NCBI GenBank assembly: GCA_963752475.1
Contig: CAVVYR010000006.1
Span: 608,001 to 672,000, forward strand
Source of the DNA: an uncultured Chloroflexia bacterium
GTDB lineage: Bacteria; Chloroflexota; Limnocylindria; Limnocylindrales; CSP1-4
Direction: 5' to 3'
DNA length: 64,000 nucleotides
The notes beneath the pieces are model-generated. The model was given only the letters and a program-made list of their open reading frames with translations, searched no databases and was not told where the DNA came from. The position numbers and the translations under genes are program-made. Numbering within the stretch: the stretch's first letter is position 1; each line of letters begins with the position of its first letter. Shown in pieces: positions 57,299 through 64,000 of this stretch.

Positions 57299-57484
57299 GA
57301 CCTCTCCTCTCGAACGTGACGCGCCGACGACGACATCGGCGCATTCGGATGCTTCCTCTTGCGCCGCTCAGGCGACGCTTCCACCGACGCTGGGCAGTCG
57401 GATCACGACGTGGGCACCGACTCTTCCTCCCTGCACTGGGTTCGCTCCGGGAGGACGCTCCCTGGACCCAGCGGCGGTCGGCAG

Positions 57485-57514
57485 ATTGTGGACCGAGGGG
57501 CTGGTGCCTGTCAA
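57485..57514 (-). promoter_or_regulatory. Putative nrdJ sigma70 promoter
   Basis: TTGACA-N18-CACAAT on the minus strand. Confidence 0.6.
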
Positions 57515-57522
57515 GCCCAAAA

Positions 57523-57571
57523 CCACTACATATTGGGGTCCGGCCCGCGAGGAGTACACAACATGTAGCGG
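57523..57571. promoter_or_regulatory. Two NrdR boxes
   Basis: ccaCTACATATTGggg (57523-57538) and acaCAACATGTAGcgg (57556-57571), 33 bp apart. Confidence 0.85.
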
Positions 57572-57652
57572 TTGGGCCCGATCTGAGGCCGACGCTGGGG
57601 ATGGACTGTGCATGGCGCCTGTGGACAGCGTGAGGACGAGCGCAACATGATA

Positions 57653-57664
57653 GAACAGGCGTTC
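57653..57664. promoter_or_regulatory. LexA (SOS) box, Gram-positive type
   Basis: GAAC-AGGC-GTTC within AGAACAGGCGTTCG. Confidence 0.5.
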
Positions 57665-57695
57665 GCTTCCGTCTACCTCCACGGAGCCGGGAGGC

Positions 57696-58703
57696 TCAGC
57701 GCGCGGGCGGAGGACCCGTTGTGCCGCGCACGTGGAGCCTCACGTCGAGCTCCACCAGACGGGGTGCGGCCGTCTCGTCACGCAAGCGCTCGAAGAGCAA
57801 CTCGATGGCTGCCGACGCCAGATCCTCGATGGACTGCGTGACCGTCGTCAGAGGTGGCGTGACATCGGCCCCGAACGAGATGCCGTCGAAGCCGACGACC
57901 GACACGTCCTCGGGCACGTCGAGATCGGCGATGTGGGCGGCGCTCAGGGCGCCGATGGCCATGAGGTCGTTCTCGGCGAAGACGGCCGTGGGGAGTGTGT
58001 CCTCCGTCAGCCACCGCTCCATGGCCGCTCGGCCACTCGCGGCCCGGAAGTCGCCACGCACGATGCGCTCGTCCGGCAGCTCGACCCCTGCATCCGTGAG
58101 GGCCGAGGCGAAGCCCTCGAGTCGCTGGGCGCTCGTGCCCAGGCCGCCCGGGCCGGCGATGACGCCGATGTCGCGATGGCCCAGATCGAGCAGGTGTCGG
58201 CCGGCCAGCCGACCACCCTCGTGGTTGGCTACCAGCACCTGCGAGACCGCTAGCTCATCGACCTCGCGGTCGACGACGATGGCTGGCGTCCCGCGCTCGA
58301 CCAGGTGGAGCAACCCTTCGGATGGCTGACTGGCCGCGACGAGGAGCAGGCCATCGACCTGCTTGGAGAGCAAGACCTCGAGGTAGCGCGACTCCTTGGC
58401 CCGGTCGCCATCGGAGTTGCAGATGATGGCGCTGTAGCCGGCCTCGAACATGTGGTCCTCGAGGCTGCGGGCGAGGTCGCCGAAGAAGGGGTTGGCGATG
58501 TCCGGGATGATCACACCCACGGTGTGCGTGGTGCCACGGCGCATCGAACGGGCCAGGGCGTTGGGGCGGTAGCCCAGCTCGTCGACGGCTGCCTCGACCC
58601 TCGCGGCGGTCGCGGGCTCGACCTTGCGCGTGCCGTTGATGACGTGGGAGACGGTGGTGATGGAAACGCCGGCCCGCTCGGCGACGTCGCGGATGGTGGT
58701 CAT
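57696..58703 (-). CDS. LacI family repressor (RbsR/PurR-like)
   Basis: TIRDVAERAGVSITTVSHVIN, YRPNALARS and VPEDVSVVGFD motifs. Confidence 0.95.
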   Translation of the reverse strand: MTTIRDVAERAGVSITTVSHVINGTRKVEPATAARVEAAVDELGYRPNALARSMRRGTTHTVGVIIPDIANPFFGDLARSLEDHMFEAGYSAIICNSDGDRAKESRYLEVLLSKQVDGLLLVAASQPSEGLLHLVERGTPAIVVDREVDELAVSQVLVANHEGGRLAGRHLLDLGHRDIGVIAGPGGLGTSAQRLEGFASALTDAGVELPDERIVRGDFRAASGRAAMERWLTEDTLPTAVFAENDLMAIGALSAAHIADLDVPEDVSVVGFDGISFGADVTPPLTTVTQSIEDLASAAIELLFERLRDETAAPRLVELDVRLHVRGTTGPPPAR

Positions 58704-58737
58704 GCGCGGGCACGGATGGTAGGCGACGCGACGAGCG

Positions 58738-58794
58738 TTGACACGGCCATCCACCAAGGATACGCTTTCCGCAATCGGTTGCGCAAACGGTTGC
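58738..58794 (+). promoter_or_regulatory. rbsK promoter with tandem LacI operators
   Basis: TTGACA-N17-TACGCT (58738-58766), then GCAATCGGTTGC-GCAAACGGTTGC (58771-58794). Confidence 0.8.
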
Positions 58795-58824
58795 GCATCC
58801 CGGGTCGGGGCCAGGTAGGGGTAT

Positions 58825-59751
58825 GTGATGCTGATGGACATGGGCGATCGCCACGCCGTCGTCGTCGCTGGTTCCATCAACGTCGACCTCATCGTGGGCG
58901 TGCCGGCGCTGCCCGGTCCGGGTGAGACCGTGCTCGGGGACAGCTTCATCCAGCAGAACGGCGGCAAGAGCGCGAACCAGGCCGTAGCGGCTGCCCGCGT
59001 CGGCGCGGCGGTCACCATGCTCGGCGCCGTGGGGGCTGACGATCTCGGCCGGAGCGCCCTGGCGGGCCTGGCCGCGGCTGGTGTCGATGTCTCACGTTGT
59101 CGCGTCATCGATGACACGCACAGCGGACTCGCGCTCATCGTCGTCGACGAAGCTGGCGAGAACCAGATCGCTGTGGCTTCCGGCGCCAACGCCCGCCTTG
59201 ACGCAGCCATGATCGAGGATGAGGCGGCCGGCCTCGTTCCAGGGACCGGCAGCGTCTGCCTGCTCGGCTTCGAGGTCTCCGACGAAGCGGTCCTGAGTGC
59301 CGCACGCTGGGCCGCTGGGCACGGACTGCCCACGATCGTGAACCCGGCACCCGCACGGCCGCTCTCCGACGAGCTGCTGGCCCTCGGGCCGATCCTGACC
59401 CCCAACGAGACAGAGGCCGCCATGCTCTCTGGTTCGGGGAGCCCTGAGGCCGCCGCGGCCATGCTCTCCGAACGTAGTGGGGCTCCGGTGATCGTCACGC
59501 TGGGAGGGGACGGAGCCCTGCTCTACGAGTCGGGCCGCTCCGAGCGACTGCCGGTGCTGAAGGTCGAGCCGGTCGACACCACCGGGGCAGGTGATGCTCT
59601 CAACGGCATCCTCGCGGCCGAGCTGGCCCGAGGTGCGGAGCTGCGCGAAGCCCTGCGCTGGGCCATGGCCGGCGCGTCCATCAAGACCACCATCTCGGGT
59701 GCCCAGGCCGGGCTGCCCTCCCGCGAGGCCATCGCCCGGCAGCTCGCTTAG
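58825..59751 (+). CDS. rbsK: Ribokinase (start uncertain, 58825-58840)
   Basis: GSINVD, GGKSANQAVAAAR, NPAP, PNETE and DTTGAGD motifs. Confidence 0.93.
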   Translation: MMLMDMGDRHAVVVAGSINVDLIVGVPALPGPGETVLGDSFIQQNGGKSANQAVAAARVGAAVTMLGAVGADDLGRSALAGLAAAGVDVSRCRVIDDTHSGLALIVVDEAGENQIAVASGANARLDAAMIEDEAAGLVPGTGSVCLLGFEVSDEAVLSAARWAAGHGLPTIVNPAPARPLSDELLALGPILTPNETEAAMLSGSGSPEAAAAMLSERSGAPVIVTLGGDGALLYESGRSERLPVLKVEPVDTTGAGDALNGILAAELARGAELREALRWAMAGASIKTTISGAQAGLPSREAIARQLA

Positions 59752-59818
59752 GCTCGATCCCGGCGAGTGGCCTGACCGTTCACCGATGACGAGCCCTCGC
59801 CGCAGCCCTCCCCGCAGC

Positions 59819-59875
59819 TCAAGCGGCTATCCCAAGGTGGCTGAACTCGACGTCATCGACAAGGAAGTGCTGCAT
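59819..59875 (-). CDS. Possible 18-aa peptide MQHFLVDDVEFSHLGIAA
   Basis: GGAGG RBS 5 nt before ATG; otherwise unexplained intergenic region. Confidence 0.3.
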   Translation of the reverse strand: MQHFLVDDVEFSHLGIAA

Positions 59876-59980
59876 CTCAGCCTCCAGCAGGCTCGGATCG
59901 TCAGTCCCAGTCTCCAACGGGCTGAGACTGAACACTCACAGCCGCCGATCGGTTGTGTTCAGCCGGCAGGGGATAGCGAA

Positions 59981-60046
59981 GCACCGAGCAGCCGATGCCG
60001 CCGACGGCACTGAGCAGCCGATGCCGCCGACGGCACTGAGCAGCCG
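59981..60046. repeat. 26-bp tandem repeat, about 2.5 copies
   Basis: Unit gcac(t/c)gagcagccgatgccgccgacg. Confidence 0.9.
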
Positions 60047-60087
60047 CGGCGACCGGCTGGGCCTCCGGCCCGATCCGCGATTCGGCG

Positions 60088-60147
60088 TTGACTTGCTTTC
60101 ACTGCAGGCGTAGACTTCGGCGCGTAAACGGTTGCGCAAACGGTTGC
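60088..60147 (+). promoter_or_regulatory. ABC operon promoter with tandem LacI operators
   Basis: TTGACT-N17-TAGACT (60088-60116), then GTAAACGGTTGC-GCAAACGGTTGC (60124-60147). Confidence 0.82.
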
Positions 60148-60231
60148 GCGCCTGTCTCGGTGGTTCGCTGTGTCGACACATCATCGAGAGCCGCAGGGCC
60201 CTGGAGGGGGCCGAAAGGGAGGATTCACCAA

Positions 60232-61260
60232 ATGGTTGGAATCACCAACAACCGCTGGCTGGCAACGGGCCTGAGCACCTTGATGGCTGCTGGTCTGGCC
60301 GTCGGTGCGAGCACCGTGGCCGTGGCCCAGGACGAGGAGTGCCCGGCGGCCGAAGTCACCGGTGTGCTGCCTGACCTGACCGATGAGCTGGGCTACACGC
60401 CCAAGGTCGGCCTGGTCATGAAGTCGCTGGCGAACCAGTTCTTCCAGCAGATGGACGACGGCGCCAAGGCCTTCGCCGCCGAGAACACCGATCTCTTCGA
60501 GTTCCAGACCGTGGGCATGCAGGACGAGCGTGATTTCGCCGCCCAGGTCGCGGCCGTCGAGAACTACATCACCCAGCAGTTCGACGTCATCGTCATCGCC
60601 CCGGCCGACTCCAAGGCCATGGTCGAGCCCATCAAGGAGGCGCTCGACGCCGGCATCAAGGTCGTGAACATCGACGTCGCACTCGACCAGGACGCCATGG
60701 CCGATGCGGGTATCGACCTCGCATTCTTCGGCCCGGACAACCGCCTCGGCGCCAAGATGGCCGGCGACGCGCTGGCCGCATCCCTGGGCGAGGGCGCCAA
60801 CGTGGTCATCCTCGAGGGCAACCCCGAGGCCGACAACGGCAACCAGCGCCGCATGGGCTTCGAGGACGCGGTCGCAGAGGGCGGCCTCAACCTGCTGGAC
60901 TCCCGCACCGCCAACTGGGAGACCGAGCAAGCCAACCAGCTGATGACCACCTTCCTGACCCAGTACCCCGACATCCAGGGGGTCATGGCTGCCAACGACA
61001 GCATGGCTCTCGGTGTGGCCGCAGCCCTCGACGCCGAGGGCAAGACCGGTGAGATCGAGGTCGTCGGCTTCGACAACATCCCGGCCGTACGCCCGCTCAT
61101 CGCTGATGGAACCATGCTGGCCACCATCGAGCAGTACGGTTCGGATATGGCAGTCTTCGGTATCGAGATGGGCCTGCGCGAGCTGGCCGGAGAGGAGTTC
61201 TGCGGCTGGCAGTTGACCCCCATCGACCTGATCACCGCTGAGAACGTCGTCGTCGAATAA
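60232..61260 (+). CDS. Sugar (ribose-type) ABC substrate-binding protein
   Basis: Signal peptide; LVMKSLANQFF, GPDN, AANDSMA and VGFD motifs; GGAGG RBS. Confidence 0.92.
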   Translation: MVGITNNRWLATGLSTLMAAGLAVGASTVAVAQDEECPAAEVTGVLPDLTDELGYTPKVGLVMKSLANQFFQQMDDGAKAFAAENTDLFEFQTVGMQDERDFAAQVAAVENYITQQFDVIVIAPADSKAMVEPIKEALDAGIKVVNIDVALDQDAMADAGIDLAFFGPDNRLGAKMAGDALAASLGEGANVVILEGNPEADNGNQRRMGFEDAVAEGGLNLLDSRTANWETEQANQLMTTFLTQYPDIQGVMAANDSMALGVAAALDAEGKTGEIEVVGFDNIPAVRPLIADGTMLATIEQYGSDMAVFGIEMGLRELAGEEFCGWQLTPIDLITAENVVVE

Positions 61261-61281
61261 GGCGCTGACGTAGAAGTCCAG

Positions 61282-61315
61282 GGGTCAGCCGTTGGCCTCC
61301 TCCGACGGCTGACCC
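61282..61315 (+). terminator. Intercistronic stem-loop after the binding-protein gene
   Basis: gggtcagccgttgg-cctcct-ccgacggctgaccc followed by ttctctt. Confidence 0.6.
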
Positions 61316-61353
61316 TTCTCTTGCACTCGCGACCAAGACTTGCGGAGCTGGCC

Positions 61354-62967
61354 ATGAGCGGACCCACGAGCGACGCCACGATCACGGCCGAGACCATGGC
61401 CGCGCCCGTCGCGTCTCCCGCGGACGCACCCATCATCGAGGTACGCGAGGTCTCCAAGGAGTTCCCGGGCGTCCTCGCGCTCGACAGGGTCAGCCTGACC
61501 GTCTTCTCGGGTGAGGTCCACGCCCTGGTCGGCGAGAACGGTGCCGGCAAGTCGACGCTGGTCAAGGTGCTCTCCGGCGTCCAGAAGCCCGATGGCGGTG
61601 AGATGCTGCTCAACGGCCAGCGCTACCTCGCGCACGATCCGAAGGAGGCCATCGACGCCGGTATCCGGGTCGTGTACCAGGAGCTCAATCTCCTGACCTA
61701 CCTGACCGTCGAGGAGAACCTGTCGTTCGAGTCGTTGCCCAGCAATCACGGCCTCGTCGACAGGCGGGTGATGCGCGAGCGAGCCGAGCGCTTGATGGCC
61801 GACGTCGGATTGGACGTCCCGCCCAACGCCACGGTCGAGGACCTCGGCATCGCACAGATGCAGATGGTCGAGATCGCCCGCGCGCTCCTGACCGAGGCCA
61901 AGCTGCTCATCCTCGACGAACCCACGGCCACACTGACGCCGCGCGAGACAGACCAGCTCTTCAGCATCATCCGCAAGCTGGCTGGACAAGGCATCGGCAT
62001 CCTCTTCATCAGCCACCATCTCGACGAGGTGAAGGAGATCGGTGACCGCGTCACCGTCCTCCGCAACGGTCAGTGGGTCGCGACGGAGGACGTCGCCGAT
62101 GTGTCCGTGCCCCAGATCATCGAGCTGATGGTGGGGCGGGCCATGACCGAGGCTTACCCCTTCCGGCCGTCGGTCGAGCTGGGTAGCGAACTGCTCACCG
62201 TCGAGGACTTGAGCTACCGCGGCAATCTCGAGCCGGTCTCGCTGCAGCTGCATGAAGGCGAGATCCTGGGCGTGGCCGGCCTCGTGGGCTCTGGGCGGAC
62301 TGAGGCCATGCGTGCCATCTTCGGCGCTGACAAGGCCGCCACAGGCGTCATCAAGGTCGAGGGCGAGGTGGTCCGCATCACCGAGCCCAGCGATGCGGTT
62401 GCGGCCGGCATCTGCCTGCTCACCGAGGACCGCAAGACACAAGGCCTGATGCTGGACATGGGCGTGGCCCAGAATACGACCATCACCAAGCTTGAAGCTG
62501 TCACCAAGCGCGGCCTGCTCCAAACCCGTGACGAAGCCGCGGCTTCTCAAGCGCTGATCGACGCGCTCAGCATCAAGGCGCAATCCCCGGCCCAGCTGGC
62601 GCGGTACCTCTCGGGCGGCAACCAGCAGAAGGTCGTGGTGGCCAAGTGGCTCTTCGCAGAGTCACGCATCCTCATCTTCGATGAGCCCACGCGCGGCATC
62701 GATGTCGGCGCCAAGTTCGAGATCCACAACCTCATCTGGGACCTCGTCGAGGCCGGCAAAGGCGCCATCGTGGTCTCATCGGACCTGCCGGAACTGCTGG
62801 GCATCTGCCACCGCATCATCGTCTTCAGCAAGGGCGCCATCGTCGGTGAAGTGCTGCGTGAGCAGTTCAGCGAGAAGGCCGTGCTCGAGTTGGCCTACAA
62901 GAACTACCTTGACCCGGCGACCGCCGCCGCCCGAGCCAGCCAAGCCACGACAGGAGAGACGGCATGA
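61354..62967 (+). CDS. Sugar ABC ATP-binding protein (RbsA-like, two ATPase domains)
   Basis: GENGAGKST, LDEPT, EDRK, LSGGNQQK and DEPTRGIDVGAK motifs. Confidence 0.95.
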   Translation: MSGPTSDATITAETMAAPVASPADAPIIEVREVSKEFPGVLALDRVSLTVFSGEVHALVGENGAGKSTLVKVLSGVQKPDGGEMLLNGQRYLAHDPKEAIDAGIRVVYQELNLLTYLTVEENLSFESLPSNHGLVDRRVMRERAERLMADVGLDVPPNATVEDLGIAQMQMVEIARALLTEAKLLILDEPTATLTPRETDQLFSIIRKLAGQGIGILFISHHLDEVKEIGDRVTVLRNGQWVATEDVADVSVPQIIELMVGRAMTEAYPFRPSVELGSELLTVEDLSYRGNLEPVSLQLHEGEILGVAGLVGSGRTEAMRAIFGADKAATGVIKVEGEVVRITEPSDAVAAGICLLTEDRKTQGLMLDMGVAQNTTITKLEAVTKRGLLQTRDEAAASQALIDALSIKAQSPAQLARYLSGGNQQKVVVAKWLFAESRILIFDEPTRGIDVGAKFEIHNLIWDLVEAGKGAIVVSSDLPELLGICHRIIVFSKGAIVGEVLREQFSEKAVLELAYKNYLDPATAAARASQATTGETA

Positions 62968-64000
62968 GCGCAGCATCGACACCGTCCACGCCCCGGGGCG
63001 AGGGTCAGATGTCCTTGGCCAACCGTGCCGTCGCCTTCTCGCTGCGAGAGGCCGGCGTCGGTCTCGCCCTCGTCGTCCTGGTCATCCTGTTCATGATCTT
63101 CGCACCCTACTTCGCGACCAGCGACAACTTCACGCGCATGTTCGGCCAGGTGGCCATCAACACGGTGCTCGCGGTGGGTATGACCTTCGTCATCCTCATC
63201 GGCGGCATCGACCTCTCTGTCGGTTCGGTGCTGGCCCTGGCCACGGTCGTGGGCGCGACCATCATGGTCCCCGACTTCCTCGCCCTCTGGGTGCCGTTCG
63301 AGCTCGATCCGCTGGTCTCGATCCCGCTCGCGATCGTGGTCATGCTGCTCGTCGGTGCGCTCTGTGGCTTCATCAACGGCTTCGTCAGCGAGCGCTGGAA
63401 GGTGCCCTCGTTCATCGTCACCCTGGGCATGATGTCGATCGCCCGCGGTGCCTCGCAGGTGGTCAGCGACAACGCCACGATCAACGGCCTGCCGCGCCCC
63501 TTCATCGACTTCGGCAACATCCTCATCGACCTCGGGATCGTGCGCATCCCGGTCTATTTCCTCATCGCCATCGCCGTCGTGGCCGTGGCCTGGTTCGTGC
63601 TCCGCTTCACGATCTTCGGGCGCTTCATCTACGCCATCGGCAACAACGAGGAAGCGGTGCGGCTGTCGGGCCACAATCCCATGCCCTTCAAGGTCTCGGC
63701 CTTCGTCATCTGCGGCCTGCTCGCAGGCCTGGCTGGCCTGGTGTGGCTGCTGCGCCTGAATGTGGGCAGCCCCATCGCCGCGGTCGGCTACGAGCTCACG
63801 GCCATCGCCGCGGTCATCATCGGCGGCACCAGCTTCACCGGTGGCAAGGGTTCGGTCATCGGCACGTTCTTCGGGGTGTGCCTGCTGCAGGTGCTGAGCA
63901 CGGGTCTGATCCTGCTCGGCGTGACTGACAACTGGCGTGTCATCGTGACCGGCCTCGTGGTCATCCTGGCGGTCATCTTCGACACCTACCGCTCGCGCAT
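62964..64000 (+). CDS. Sugar ABC permease (RbsC-like), runs off the window end
   Basis: ATGA overlap with the ATPase; GMTFVILIGGIDLSVGS, AIGNNEEAVRLSG and YELTAIAAVIIGGTSFTGG; absent from the ORF track because no stop is in the window. Confidence 0.93.
   Translation, partial: MSAASTPSTPRGEGQMSLANRAVAFSLREAGVGLALVVLVILFMIFAPYFATSDNFTRMFGQVAINTVLAVGMTFVILIGGIDLSVGSVLALATVVGATIMVPDFLALWVPFELDPLVSIPLAIVVMLLVGALCGFINGFVSERWKVPSFIVTLGMMSIARGASQVVSDNATINGLPRPFIDFGNILIDLGIVRIPVYFLIAIAVVAVAWFVLRFTIFGRFIYAIGNNEEAVRLSGHNPMPFKVSAFVICGLLAGLAGLVWLLRLNVGSPIAAVGYELTAIAAVIIGGTSFTGGKGSVIGTFFGVCLLQVLSTGLILLGVTDNWRVIVTGLVVILAVIFDTYRSR

Noticed and set aside
57299-57480. Cobalamin riboswitch in the nrdJ leader
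   Set aside because: No B12-box (GCCACTG, GGGAAG, AGCCAGGAGACC-like) elements found

Overview
A 64-kb high-GC bacterial chromosomal window, densely coding, with about 60 genes. I recognised no rRNA, tRNA, CRISPR array, integrase or transposase. Gene content and protein style suggest Chloroflexota or a related monoderm lineage (inference only). Main blocks: acs and moaA; punA and thyX; katG; a six-gene sulfur-handling operon (ArsR, DsrE, TusA, DsrE, TusA, SQR-like); a DosS/DosR-like cluster with two USPs, Rrf2 and a Tat two-domain multicopper oxidase, with DosR-type boxes; add, ctpA, greA, pepN and rhlE; pabB/pabC-like genes; a MacB-type ABC module; two frameshifted genes; xth; nrdJ with NrdR boxes; and a ribose/nucleoside regulon with tandem LacI operators. 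The most notable observations are (1) GreA fused to an N-terminal GIY-YIG nuclease-like domain, (2) a promoter-driven ~157-nt putative structured RNA with three GATCRCATCAA repeats upstream of punA, and (3) a second orphan sigma70 transcript that may be a 6S-like RNA or a 53-aa protein. All calls come from reading motifs by eye; no database searches were run, and several start codons were re-chosen from RBS or overlap evidence.
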